DNA of 64,000 nucleotides from Vairimorpha necatrix (Eukaryota): NCBI GenBank assembly GCA_036630325.1, contig CP142735.1, positions 372,001 to 436,000 of the forward strand, read 5' to 3'. Shown piece by piece: positions 13,272 to 25,528 of this stretch (position 1 is its first letter; each line of letters starts with the position of its first letter). The notes under the pieces were generated by a model. It saw only the letters and a program-made list of their open reading frames with translations, ran no database searches and was not told where the DNA came from. The position numbers and the translations under genes were made by a program.

Positions 13272-14393
13272 GGATCTAGTTTGTTATACGCCCTATCCGG
13301 GCGTATAACAAACTAGGTTTTTAAAAATTTACCCTTATGAGAACGGGTGTGTCGCAGTTTGAAAGTTACGTACAAATCCGTAGAATGCCACCTAGAGAGA
13401 TGATTTTTGTTCTGCGAGAACAAAACCTTCTTTTGACCAGTATGTCCTGTTCTGAGTGTTCATCTGGCATGGTTGAGAGATCAAAGAAAGGCCCGGACCT
13501 TATATGCTGGACTTGTGATAATATAGTGTGCAGGCTCTACAGAAGCATAAAGAGCATTAGAACTGGATCATTTTTTGAGGGATTTAAATTGCCATTGTCC
13601 GGGATCTACGCTATGATTATGCTTTGGAGCAAGGGAAAACAGATTAAAGAGATCATTTCCGAGCATGGATTTAGAAGAAACAGCTCTGGTCAATATAAAC
13701 AAGCTGAGAACTATTCTTAAAGGATACTTCGAGGCTGATTCTATGAGATTGGGAGGTCCAGGTATTGTTTGCCAGATCGACGAAAGCCAGTTCGTCCACA
13801 AGATCAAACATCATCATGGTAGAGCACCATCAAGTGATGTGTGGGGTTTGGGGATCGCAGACACCTCTTTCTCTCCTGCGAAGTGCTATATGGAGATTGT
13901 TCCCAATCGAACAGCTGCTGTTTTACTTCCGATCATTGCTAGGATATGTAGACCTGGCACAATCATTCACTCTGATGGCTGGGGATCATATGTGAATATC
14001 GAAAGAGAGCTCTTGTTCCGTCATCTGGTTGTAAACCACAAGACAAATTTCGTTGATCCGATAACTGGAGCCCATACCCAGAACATAGAGTCATTCTGGA
14101 ATAAGATGAAGATTGTGATTAAGAAAATGTATGGTGTTCAAAAAGCACAACTTCCTGGTCTTCTAGCTGAACTGATGTTCAGAGATGAGTTTAAGCAGAC
14201 TGTGTTCATCAGAATTCTATCTTTACTAGCCATAAGCAATAAAATTAATTAATTCTAAAACAAGCCTGTTTTTTACAATGCTGCTTTTTTATTATCATGC
14301 TAGAAAAGTTATTCTCTCTTAAAAATGTGTAATTTTTTATTCCGGGCGTATAACAAACTAGGTTTCCCTCCGGGCGCGTAGCAAACTAGATCC
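13272..14393 (+). mobile_element. Merlin family H, inserted in SL1 RNase H
   Basis: TIR GGATCTAGTTTG.TA..CGCCC and 8-bp TSD AAAAGTTT. Transposase 13337-14252 with one frameshift (QIDES, HSDGWGSY, QNIESFW). Confidence 0.95.
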
Positions 14394-15677
14394 AAAAGTT
14401 TGAATACGAAATCAAAGGAAGAAAATTTAGGATTGAGACAGACCATAAAGCCTTGAGTGAAATTAGGAACAAGGCAAATTTTAATAATGATAGGATCAAT
14501 AGGTGGATAGAGAAGATACAAGAATTTGACTTTACGATAGAATACAGAAAACCGGAGATAATGGTTGTTGCAGATTCATTGAGCCGCATATATACAGAAG
14601 AAGATAGTAAGAAGAAACAGATGGAAGAACGTGCAATTAAGCAACAGGAAGGTAAGTGGTAGAAACATGTAATCGTAGAGAATGGCTTGAATTATTGGAA
14701 ATTTGATAATAATAAAATCACGGAAATCCCTGAAGAAAAAGACAGGCCCAAATTGATAGAGAAATATCATAAATTGAAAGGATATAGAAGTATGATAAGT
14801 GTGTATTATGAGATGAAAAGCAAATATTATTGGCCTGGGATGAAAAATGATATAAAGCCGAACTTAGTAAATGTGAGGTGTGCCAGATTAATAATAGAAA
14901 GAAAGCCAGGGGATGTGATTTTGTAGCAACAAGCCGATATTTAGAAAAGGTAGCATTGGATTTGGTTGAGTATAGAGAAGAAAAAAAATACATTGTTGTA
15001 GCTATCGACTATTTTACGAGAAGAGTTTGGGTCAGAATAATTGACGCTAAGGCAGGTGAGAAGATTGTTGAATTTGTTAAAGAAATGTTTGACTAAAGAA
15101 GAAGCCCAAAGAAATAATTACGGACAACGGTAAGGAGTTCGTTAACGAAGGGTTTAGACAACTATGTAAAGATCTAAGTATTGAGTACAGGAAAGTAAGT
15201 TAAGAAGCTCATATGAGCAATGAAGAGTGGAGAGGGATATTGGAACGTTGAGGGAGAGTATGGCCAAAATCGAAAAGAAAACATTCGAGGAAAGAGTGAT
15301 GAAGAGCATAGAGATTTATAATTTAAGTCACTATAGTGGCATAAAATGTACACCGGTAGAGGCTGTTCGAGATACATCGGGAAAGATAATGATTGAAAAC
15401 GGACCTGAAGGAACATACGCGAAGAGATTTGTTGCAAGGAAAAGAGAATAGTTTTTTTAGAAATCAGATCGTCCGTGTTGCGAAAAAAGAAAATTTAGGA
15501 GGTCAGACCAAATATATGAAAGGAAGATTTGTTGATTTGGGAATGATATTGGAAGTATGCCCTAGTGACTCGTAAATTGTTAGGCTTGAAAATCGAAGGA
15601 TAATTAAGAAGAGGCATTATGATTTAAAAGGTATAGAGAGGTGGGAGTAAAGTGAGACTAACCGCCTGGAGGGAGGA

Positions 15678-15725
15678 TGTTATATATTTAGATATTTTGA
15701 CCCCTCATTATGATAAATAAATAAA
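15678..15725 (+). repeat. 3' LTR of SL1 (48 bp)
   Basis: Follows the PPT and is followed by TSD TTAGA. Terminal ACA has mutated to AAA. Confidence 0.88.
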
Positions 15726-16162
15726 TTAGATCATTTTTCTGTACTTTTTTATTTTTTTTTCTCCTGCTTTTTTTTCCATTTTGATTTTCTAAAAAGGGGA
15801 TATTTTTTAAAAATTTGTATTTATAATTGTAGGGGAGCATAAAGTGAAAATGCTCCAAAGCCCTTTTTAATAACAGTTTTTCTTCTGGTAACAGTATACA
15901 ACATATAATTTTTAATCAACGATTACACGTTTTAAAAAGGTTTATGTTCTTATAAAAGCACTAAGACAATGAAATTTTATGCTGGTTATCGCTTTTAAAA
16001 TAGTTTGCTAAATAAATAAAATTCTTATATTATAAATGCTTTATGTTTTTACTTTTTCTCAACAAAATAAATTATTTTACTAAACGATAGAAGAAATTGG
16101 CGCTACTTCATTTTCTTGCCCCCCCCCCCCTAGAAAAAAAAATTATTTAGAGAAAATTTTAT

Positions 16163-17104
16163 TTATTCAAACCTACAAAGTTCTAAAATTTTTATATAGG
16201 CACATCTATGATCATCATTATTAGAATGATTGATATTTCTTTTTTTCCAAGCAAATTCTTTTAGAAATAAATTAATCCTATGCCTTTTAAGCCCACTTCT
16301 CGATCTATACTCATTCTTCAAATGGGACCACAAATTTTCTATATTATTTGTGTGGTCTCCTTCTGCATTTATAAATCCAAGCGAATGATTTACTATGTAA
16401 TGTTCACTGCCAAAATTTCTAGAGGCTGAAGGGTATCCATCAGTAATTATAATAGAGCCAGGTTTTACTCTGCGTCTAAAAAAGTCTTCTATAGTACTAG
16501 ATTGTCGGTTAGGTAGCAATTCAAGAACAAATTCTCTACAATTACCTTCTACTATGCCGCCTATAATCCATTGAATTCCAGGCATGGAATCCAAACTTGA
16601 AGAAGGATTAGATACAATTAACCCGTTGCATATGGCGGTTTCATCAAATTGTACACAAACAGAAGTTCCTCCAATTTGGTAGCTATCATCGCTTTTAGAA
16701 GCAATGATTTCCATCACTGTATCCTTAATTTTAATATATGAATTTTCACATATTTTGCACAGATCTATTGCTTGGTAAGTAGTATAATTAAATACCCAGC
16801 AATAGAATGCTCTAAGAATTTTGTGAAATGGAACGCTTATTCCTTTAAACATCGTACCATTTTTAAGTGAGCTCTTCGAACTACACTTTTTATTAACACA
16901 ACGATAAGCTTTACCGTCGATGTAGACGGAACATCCACTAATGTTCATAAGAACAGTTCGTTCTGATGTCGAACAATGTCTGCAAGCAATCGATCTTTTT
17001 AGAAGACCATTATCTAAAAAAAAATCAATTGCTGCTTCATTGTTCCTAAAGCACGCATCTTCGCAGATATTTAGCTCTCTAATAGCCTCCTGCAGATTCC
17101 TCAT
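16163..17104 (-). CDS. Merlin/ISXO2-like DDE transposase, 313 aa
   Basis: Open ORF after CCCCTTA-ATG, with N-terminal Cys pairs and VQFDETA, ITDGYPS, NIENLWS. Lacks 3 residues next to the second Asp compared with copies A1 and A3. Confidence 0.9.
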   Translation of the reverse strand: MRNLQEAIRELNICEDACFRNNEAAIDFFLDNGLLKRSIACRHCSTSERTVLMNISGCSVYIDGKAYRCVNKKCSSKSSLKNGTMFKGISVPFHKILRAFYCWVFNYTTYQAIDLCKICENSYIKIKDTVMEIIASKSDDSYQIGGTSVCVQFDETAICNGLIVSNPSSSLDSMPGIQWIIGGIVEGNCREFVLELLPNRQSSTIEDFFRRRVKPGSIIITDGYPSASRNFGSEHYIVNHSLGFINAEGDHTNNIENLWSHLKNEYRSRSGLKRHRINLFLKEFAWKKRNINHSNNDDHRCAYIKILELCRFE

Positions 17105-17160
17105 TAAGGGGTTAAAAAATTTTAATTTTTTATCCCCTTAATGAGGAATCTGCAGGAGGC
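17085..17160. promoter_or_regulatory. 76-bp palindrome duplicating the Merlin A promoter and first codons in both directions
   Basis: 37-bp arms with 1 mismatch and a 2-nt loop. Each arm carries CCCCTTAATGAGGAATCTGCAGGAGGC. The regulatory role is inferred. Confidence 0.7.
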
Positions 17161-17891
17161 ATTTAAAAATTCTCAAATCGACAAAAAATACCTTAACTTC
17201 ATTTTCTTGCCCCCCTCAAAAAAAAAATGTTTAGATTTGAAAAATAACACGATTTCGTATCTTTTTATTAATGTTTTTTTTAGGGGGGGGGGGCAAGAAA
17301 ATGAAGTAGCGCCAAGAAATTGAACTAATACTTCCTATTATCGTAAAGAAAACATAAAACAGATTGTTTACGTAGTATATGATGTTTATAATTATAATTA
17401 AATGTATTTTTTTTATATTAATAAGTATTTGGTGATCTTTTATTTTTGTTTTTCCTTCAACATTTTTCCTCCATTTTTCTAAAAAAGGAACAACCTACTG
17501 CTTGTTCAAAAATTATTACCTATAGTTCTATTAGCCAAATTTTATAAAGTAATCGCATTCAGGTCTTTTTTGAAGTAAATTTAAATGCTATTTTTTGTTT
17601 TTATAAAAATTTACATCTTTCCATTTCTAATTCCAGACCAAAAGGGGGAGAGGAATCAATTTAATAATGCAATATATAAATACGTTAATTCGTTCATAAA
17701 ACGGGAAGGCATACGCTAGTTTTTATTAATTTTTTTGTAGAAACTCAAAGTATATGGAGATAAATACAAATATTTACTAAACGTAGAAAGTAATATCAGA
17801 CCGTATTGTTTGCATTCATTAGATTCTCAAGCAATTTTTTTGATGCTTTACATGGTACGTATAAATTTTCAACGGGGTGCATTCGATTAGG

Positions 17892-19001
17892 GGCGCTCCT
17901 TAAATTCAAAATCACAGGGGTTAAAAAAATTAAAACTAAAAAAAAACCAAAACCATTTATTCTAACAAAAGTATTTTTTGAAAATTTCAGCATAAGTATC
18001 TATATTTTTGTCTTTTAGATATTTACTTCTAAATTGGAATTCATATATAAAATCTTCCATATTCACCTTCATTATTCCTCTTCTTGTTCTTAATTCTGTT
18101 TTTAAATGACTCCATAGATTCTCTATTTTATTAGTATGATGTCCATACTCATTAGTAAAGCCAACACTATGATTAACAACTTCATGAACAGATCCGAAGT
18201 CACGAACAGCAGAACGGTAAGATGCAAAACCATCAGTTCTTATTATCGTTCCTTCGACAACATACTCCTTAAAAAGCTCTAACATCACAGCCGCAGTCCT
18301 ATTAGGAACAATTTTTAGAAAACAGTCCCTATCTTCATTTTCTATACCCCCAACCAACCAAGTCGTTCCAGGTATATCATCTTCCTCTGTAGTGGGATTC
18401 GTAATTATACGACCTCTACAGATTGCTGTTTCGTCAACCTGAATAGTTTTACCTATTCTCCCTATTTTTACAAAAAATGTATTTATTTCATTTTTTATTT
18501 TTTCAAGGATGACCCCCTTGAAAGAAATATATATGGGCTCGGAGACCTCGCATGTTACTGAGGCCATAGGGTTAGTCATTTTCATTACCCAACAATACAA
18601 CATTCTAAGTTGTATATGTGTGGGCATTCGAGACTTCTGGAGAAAAGTACCATTTTTGATACTTTTTCGCTTTTTGCAGCCATTTGTACAATAAAAGCAG
18701 ATTCCTTCCAAGTAGTTTTTAGATTTTACTTGGTTCATAAAACAACCACAGTCACACTTTATAGTATTTCTGTAGAAGTTTAAAGCCTTTAAGAACTCTA
18801 TAGCTGCTTCTTCTTCAACAAATATTATGCTGTAGAGATTTCTAACTTGCATTAGGGGTAAAAAATTAAAATTCAAAAAATCGCTTTCCTTAAATTCAAA
18901 ATCATAGGAGCATTTGGAATTTTTTTGTAGAATGTTTACAATACATGTTCGCGAATTTTTTAATTTTTTTAACCCCTGTGATTTTGAATTTAAGGAGCGC
19001 C
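17892..19001 (-). mobile_element. Merlin family I
   Basis: About 44-bp TIR GGCGCTCCTTAAATTCAAAATCACAGGGGTTAAAAAAATTAAAA. No TSD. Right end followed by an inverted copy of the terminus. Confidence 0.9.
17962..18852 (-). CDS. Merlin/ISXO2-like DDE transposase, about 296 aa, intact
   Basis: Likely start CCCCTA-ATG at 18852 (MQVRNLYS). Motifs IQVDETA, RTDGFASY, KIENLWS. Confidence 0.88.
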   Translation of the reverse strand: MQVRNLYSIIFVEEEAAIEFLKALNFYRNTIKCDCGCFMNQVKSKNYLEGICFYCTNGCKKRKSIKNGTFLQKSRMPTHIQLRMLYCWVMKMTNPMASVTCEVSEPIYISFKGVILEKIKNEINTFFVKIGRIGKTIQVDETAICRGRIITNPTTEEDDIPGTTWLVGGIENEDRDCFLKIVPNRTAAVMLELFKEYVVEGTIIRTDGFASYRSAVRDFGSVHEVVNHSVGFTNEYGHHTNKIENLWSHLKTELRTRRGIMKVNMEDFIYEFQFRSKYLKDKNIDTYAEIFKKYFC

Positions 19002-19138
19002 TCAGAGGCGCTCCTAAAGATACAAGATACAAGAATAAATTAAACCGCTATAATTTTGCATTCGAATAAGAATTAAATAGATATTCTATTTATCTATTTT
19101 ACGTATGGACTAAGAACATAATTATTTATTCGTATTTC

Positions 19139-19238
19139 TGTAGAAACCCCTGTCAAATATCATATTCAAATTTATTAAATGATATTTGACACGGACTACA
19201 AATTAAGTAAAATAATAAAACCATGTCTTTATATAACC
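19139..19238 (+). repeat. Probable old solo LTR related to gypsy G3
   Basis: Starts TGTAG. Has the TGTCAAATAT...ATATTTGACA hairpin and AATAA..CCATGT tail of the 35387 LTR. Flanks ATTTC/GTTTT give only a degenerate TSD. Confidence 0.55.
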
Positions 19239-19906
19239 GTTTTGAGTACAACACGTACAAAGAAAAATTTGATAAAATTATTTAACTGATTTCTTAATTA
19301 ATTGAAAATTCTTTCAATTTTTCCTATAAGTCTATAATAGTTTTTGGCTTAAGTGCATGTCATGTATCCGGGGTACGTGGCTATTTTTATAATAACTTTC
19401 AATGTAATTATATTTATTGATGGTTGTTCTCTTGCTTTTAGATTTATACCTTCAAAGACAGACTTTCTTTTATATTTTATTTTTAATTAATTATTCTTTG
19501 TCAACACTAAACACAAACATTGGCGTACTTACGAATGTAGTAACGACCATGCAACTTTCGTTTGTTTGTTGTGCGACTCATCTTGACGGGCCACTTGAAA
19601 TGGTTGACATTCCCCCAAACATAAGTGACAGAGGACATATTTGACATCTGTCCATGTGATGTTGTAATGTACATCACAGTGCACTTTGGCCGAGTTACTT
19701 TCTATAATGTTCTTTTAAAAATTTCTGCAAAAAAAATAGAAAAATCATTGCCAGCCATTAAGATTTGTACAACCCAAATGAGATTATTGAAATGTTAAGT
19801 TCAAAACTTCGATAATTTGTTTTCAGTTAATTCTACGATTTCTTTTAAATTAGAATTTTTTTAGAATTTTAAAAACAAGATAAATACTAATTTTATTTTT
19901 CCCCCA

Positions 19907-21872
19907 ATGAATAACATCAAATTGTTTGTTGTAATTTGGTTTGTAAAATCAAATACAAATATTTAAAACAAAATAAAGGAAATTTTTTCAAAGCAAATTG
20001 AGAATAGGAAGTATACAGTTTTTAACCTAAATAAGAAATACTCCCACATAAAAATCACTTGTAAGGAATATAATAAGACCGTATGTTGTTTGCTTGTAAA
20101 TAATATTTTGAATGAAACTATTTCTAATGAATTTGGGTGTAGAATTATTGATTATGCTAACAAATCCACTTATAATATTATTGAAAAAATAGAACAATTC
20201 ATAAAGAAGATTACATCGACCTTGAACATTGACTCTATCGTATTATTATATAGACAATATAAATATAATCAAAGTAACAGAATTGTAAAAAAAATTATAA
20301 AAAAGTTAAATAAATAATGACGAAAGAAGAAATAAAAAGAAAGGAACCGAAATTTATTATGAAAATATTTGCGTTTGGGGTTGTTTTTACACAATATTCT
20401 ATAGGAAATAGAAAAATTCAATTTAAAAAACGGATATAAGTTGCGTGAACAAGAACCCACGATAAGTTACCGCAGAAACGAGAACGACAATGTTACTATC
20501 TCAGATTATGCATTGTGATTAAAAATATGTATTATTTGTTTGAATTCGATATAAACGAACTTGACATTAAAGAACTTAATACTATGGTTAAGATAAATTC
20601 AGGGAATATGTGTCATCACGATGCAAAAATACTAAAGAAATTATTTAAAATATACAACGTCAATGATTTATATCATATTGAGGCAAGGTTCGAAATTGGA
20701 TATCTAGAAATTACACCAAACAAAATCGAAAAGATAATGCCTAGAAAATTTGGATTAGATGTACAATCAGATTCTATAAGCTTTTTTCATGGATATACAA
20801 AAAATCAAGTATATCTAGAAAATGAATCAAACAAGTATGATGGTGAAAAAAAAATTATACCCAAAAATTATTTTAATGAAATTAAGAAAATAATGAAAAA
20901 GATTAATTATATAGTAAATTGTGATGACCTTATCAAATTAACATAGCTCATTACATTATTTTCTTACTATTGTTAACAAATAATCCATATCCATGTAATG
21001 ATTAATATTATTTCTTCCAAGAATGGTCTTTCTAAAACTTCTTGTTGTTTGTTTGTTTACAAACAAACAAACACGTAAAAGTATAAATTTCGAAAAAGCC
21101 CACAAGGGCATGGTGAGCAAGAAGGTGAATACAAACGCTAAAAATAATAAAAGCTTTACTTATGAAAATGCCTTTAACCTCATCGAGACATATCTCCGCC
21201 TAGGATATGTCACACATACAGAAGATAATAAATGTGTTGAATTTTTTTATAGATTACTAAATATTACAACAAGTTGAATTTCTCATAATTAAAATAATGA
21301 ACAAAGAAAGATCCGCATTAAAATTAATATTTAATTTTATTATAAAGCATATGTACAATGTGGAGATAGATGAATTTGATTACACATGAGGGGAAAAAAT
21401 ATCTAGATCAAACAATGAAGAAGATGTTAAAAACAAAATTATAAACAAATTATCCCATATATTGTTACGGTACCAACTTTCACATTATTATCTAAAAAAA
21501 ATTTGTCTACTTTTGGCAGCAGAAGAATATATTAATAAAAAAACATAAACAACGAATATATTTGGGAATCATTACTCTTTATAAATGAATATATATGGGA
21601 GAAAAATCAAGAAAAGATACCTTGTTCAGATGGAAAAAGCAGATATATCAATATCGTAAAAATCACAAATGCCGTAGAAAATTACCATATCCACAATATT
21701 ATATAATATAAGAACGAAGTTTTAAAAATGACTGCAAAATAACATCATTATTTACAGGATTGGCTAGTTCTAGTTTTGTATACAAAGATACCAAGGAAAA
21801 ATTCAGAAGAATGAAAATTTGTGAAAACTTTCAACTTGATGGAAATTAGATAGAGGAAAAGGCCAGTATTAT
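19907..21872 (+). pseudogene. Decayed host-type gene, possibly secreted protein, family unknown
   Basis: CCCCCA-ATG then a hydrophobic N-terminus (MNNIKLFVVIWFVKS). Successive same-strand K/N/I-rich ORF fragments with many stops. Interrupted by gypsy G2. Confidence 0.5.
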
Positions 21873-22072
21873 TGTTACCAGAAGGAGAGCTGGTTATTGA
21901 AGAAGGCTTTTTATTAGAAGAAGAACTATATATTTTTGGCATATCTTGTCTATTTAAGATTCTTAAAAGTTTTAGTTTCGGATCTGAAACATAGATGGTT
22001 TCAGATCATTATCAACTGTTTCATCTTTCAGTTTTAGTCTGATTATTGGCGTGTGCAACACAGCCGGTAACA
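21873..22072 (-). repeat. 3' LTR of G2
   Basis: Direct repeat of 25459-25659 with about 7 differences. Confidence 0.93.
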
Positions 22073-24373
22073 CTCTCCCCTCCTTAGAACAAGGCTTCAC
22101 TTCCAGGGAAGAGGTTATATCCTCCAATATATCGTCATCTTTATTATATACTACAAAATCATTTCGGTTTATAGAGTGTTCTATTCCATCTTCAAGACTC
22201 CTTACTTCATGGGCTCCTTTTAGTTTGTTTTTCGTGACTATGTAGGGTCCTATATATTTTTTATCAAGTTTGCTACTTATTTTCCTATTTCTAATAAACA
22301 CCAATGTTCCTTCTTTTACGTCGTCGGCGGGAAGTTTGCTCGGCTTCTGTTCATTATTTCCTAATATCCTCATCTCTCTTCGCACATACGAATTCTCTTA
22401 TCTGGTTAGTCAGTCTTGTACGTTCGCTCAGATAATCCGCAGGGTTTATAAACAACATTTCAAAGTCGCTTGGTAGTTCTTTTAATGCGGTAGGTAGTAC
22501 ACCTTTCCTGCCATAGAGCATTTCAAAAGGAGACATCTGCAATTTCTCTATAGGGGACAACCTGTACTGCATAAGTACATGTGGTAATATTCTATCCCAT
22601 TGGCTCTGATAATCCGTTATTGCCTTTGATAACTTCACTACTAAACTTTGGTTTGTACGTTCCACAAGTCCATTTGATTGTGGATGATAAGGGCTCGAGT
22701 GTCTGAAGTGAGCACCGAATAGCTCCGTAATCTTTTTTACAATCTGATTAGTGAATTCTAATCCCTGGTCGCTTCTTATTATTTCTACTGTACCGTGTCG
22801 ACAGAAGATACCTTCCATAATAAATTTCGCGTTTTCGAATGCAGATTTGTGCTTCACTGCCTTCGCCTCAACCCATCTTGTCATATAGTCTGTTGCAACT
22901 ATGATGAATCTCTTTCCTGACGTAATTTGGGTAGAGGGCCTATACAGTCAATTTCGATCATTTTAAGAGCCAAATCCAGTCTCGTTGGGAACACTACGAA
23001 CTTTTTACGTGGTTGTTTATGTTCTAGGCACGTCACACAGTCATCTATGACCTTTTTAACGTCTTCCTTCTTGATACTAGACGCTAATCTGTGTGACTTT
23101 AAAAACAGGATGGTCGCTTCTGTTCCTCCATGTCCTATGTAAGAGTGTGCTTCTCTTATCAAGTCTTTTATGCTCTTCTCCTCGGAATATGGCACGAGCT
23201 GCATGTTTAACGCATTTACTCTAGATAGGCAATCTGGTAGGATATGTGACTTCCCTTCCTTGTACTCTATCTTGAAGCGTAAGTCGCTTAGGAACATCAA
23301 CCACCGAGCTATTCTTCCTTGTGGATTTTTCACTTTATACAGCCACATGAGAGGCTTATGGTCGCTCTTAATTGTAAATTCATCGTGTAAATACATTTTA
23401 AAGCTTTTAACTGAGAAAATTATAGCTAAAGTTTCCTTTTCTAAAGTCGTATAATTACGTTCATGCTTATTCAGAACTCTACTCGCACAGCATATTGTTA
23501 CTTCTTTGCCCGCCTGTACCTGTTTGAGAGCTCCCCCGATACACGTGTCCGAAGCGTCTGCTTCGATAATAAATGGTCGTTATGTCGGGAAGTGCCAGCC
23601 ATGGACTGTTTATCAGTTCGAATCTAAGAGACTCTACGTCTTCTCTTACCTTCGTTGTGATGGGGCCTTTCTCGTTTATATCCCGGTGTATATCTAGGGC
23701 TTTTCACTGAAGTTTCTTATGAACATACGATAGAATCCCATGAGTTCGATAGCTGATTGTAGTTGTCTAATATTTTTTAACTCAAGAGCTGTTTCTGGCG
23801 GACTCATTCTTGATTTATCAGGCGGCACTGATCCAGAGACTATCGTATATCCAAGAATGTCGATTGTATCCGTCATAAACTTACTTTTTTTGAAATTTAT
23901 TTGTAGGTGTTTTCAGCTAAGATATCAAAGACTTCTTTAAGGTGAACCTCGTGTTCTGCCCTTGTTTTTGAGTACACGAAGATATCGTCTCAGTAGACTA
24001 CGGTGGTTCTATTTAGTTGTTTCCTAAATATTTTATACATTAAGCATTGGAACGTCGCTGGCGCATTTGTCAGACCAAAGGGCATTCTTCGAAATTGAAA
24101 CTTCCCAGATGGTGTCATGAACGCAGTGAGTCTCTTTGATTCATTTTTTATGGGTATTTGGTAATATCCCTTTTCCAGATCTAACTGGGAGTATATTCTC
24201 GCGCCGCTCAAGTGTTTAAACATTCTTCAATCAACGGGGGTTGACATACTTCTTCAATCATGGTTTCTTTTGCTTTTTTATCTTCATTGCATAGGCGCAC
24301 GCCATCATCTCTTTTCATTACGATCGAACTTAATGAGTCCTTGGTGCTCGTATAGTCGTCTCTTCCCGCGCTT

Positions 24374-25528
24374 TTATTTACTTGCGCATTGTTTGGGTTG
24401 TTTCCATCGTTTCCGAGTATGTTCTTTTGTAAGCAAACAATATGCCTGCTGGTCGATGCACTCATCTCGGTTAATCTCAGATTTCAATACTGATGCGAGG
24501 TCTGAGCTGTTTCTGTAATTTTTGTTTTTTTTAATCCGCCCATCTTCTTGTTTTGACACTCTTTTGTCTATACTCTGTGGATAGTTTCGAATGCGATGGC
24601 CTCCTTTAGCCCTTCTTAGTTTCTTTCTATTAACTAAGTTTTTATCAACAAATGAGTTGGATTCACCTAATCCCAGGCGCATTCTTACTACATCGCCATT
24701 AACGGTTCCTTCGACTGTAGTATCGTTCGTGTCTCTTGACACTGGATCTGCCTCGATTAAAAACACCTCTATTTCCTCGTGTTTATTGTAGTCCTTAAGC
24801 AAGTGCTCACCTCCGCACTTATAGCATACTACCTTTCTCGGACTCTCTTTCGTCCGTGTAGTATCTGGCCTCGAAGTCCTCGTAGTATCTGGCCTATTCT
24901 GTTCAGGTCTCTGCCTTGAACTCTCAATAAATTTATAATTTCTCTCATAAATCTTTAGTACAACGTCCCATGACGTTGCCTCTTCCACCTTTTCTTTAAG
25001 TGACGGTGGGAAAAATTTTGCCAATTCCTCAGTGATTCCAGTCATGCTGACCTTAGCTTTCTTGTTTAGCTTTACCAGGTCGTAAATGAAGCTTTCAATC
25101 TTTCTAGATTGAGGTCCAGAGTAAAGTTTCTTGTAAAGCATTCTAGTATAGTCAATTCCTTCCTGGAACTCTTCTTTCCCATACTTTCTTATGAAAATTT
25201 GTTTAAATTCCGTGTATGCTTCCACCTCGTCTTCAACCATAGACTCATACCATTGGAGCGCTATATCCCCCAGGTATCTCTTCGTATAGTTCAATAGTTT
25301 ATTGTCACTCCATTCTCCCTCGAGATATCTGAATTGGTTAATCCAAACCCATGCATTCTCGCTTTGGGTCCCGTTGAATTTCACCATCGTGTTAGTTGAT
25401 ATTCCTAACTTATCTAGCAGGTGATCCAATTCGTTGGATTTCGAATAGTTGTCGCCAGTGTTACCAGAAGGAGAGCTGGTTATTGAAGAAGTCTTTTTAT
25501 TAGATGAAGAACTATATTTATTTGGCAT
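24374..25528 (-). pseudogene. gag: G2 gag plus degenerate protease ORF; ATG inside the 5' LTR
   Basis: 384-aa ORF with a damaged knuckle (CYKCGGEH) and protease-like RMRLGLGESNSFV lacking the catalytic Asp. Confidence 0.75.

Larger units (their letters stand above)
11478..15725 (+). mobile_element. Short-LTR gypsy-like retrotransposon SL1 (gag-RT-RNaseH-IN, decayed)
   Basis: 48-bp LTRs, TSD TTAGA, TGGGGGCCC directly after the 5' LTR and PPT GGAGGGAGGA. CCHC CYECGRTGHISRNC, RT YMDD, RNase H DAS, integrase IDYFTR/TDNGKEF. Confidence 0.92.
8036..15856 (-). mobile_element. Merlin family E copy 1 (contains Merlin F1, Merlin G, gypsy SL1)
   Basis: Long TIR (GGAGC)ATTTTCACTTTATGC..CCCTACA at 8036, missing its terminal 5 nt, and inverted ending at 15856. 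Transposase fragments 11233->10427 (YSDMWKGY, HTNTIEG). No TSD. Confidence 0.75.
16099..17313 (-). mobile_element. Merlin family A copy 2 (complete)
   Basis: Perfect TIR GGCGCTACTTCATTTTCTTGC(C)nTA and perfect 8-bp TSD AAGAAATT. Confidence 0.96.

Noticed and set aside
13665-13720. Programmed frameshift in the Merlin H transposase
   Set aside because: No clear slippery site, and related Merlins here are single ORFs. A simple indel is more likely.
17322-17536. Merlin F-like 3' end (…TTAGCC)
   Set aside because: Only weak low-complexity similarity, with no matching 5' end or TSD.
18853-19032. N-terminal 60 codons of the 356-aa ORF in the track
   Set aside because: They run through the TIR and outside the element. 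CCCCTA-ATG at 18852 is the plausible start.
19480-19720. Cys/His-rich minus-strand frame (VHCDVHYNITW...CHLCLGEC)
   Set aside because: Short, bounded by stops and without a recognisable domain.
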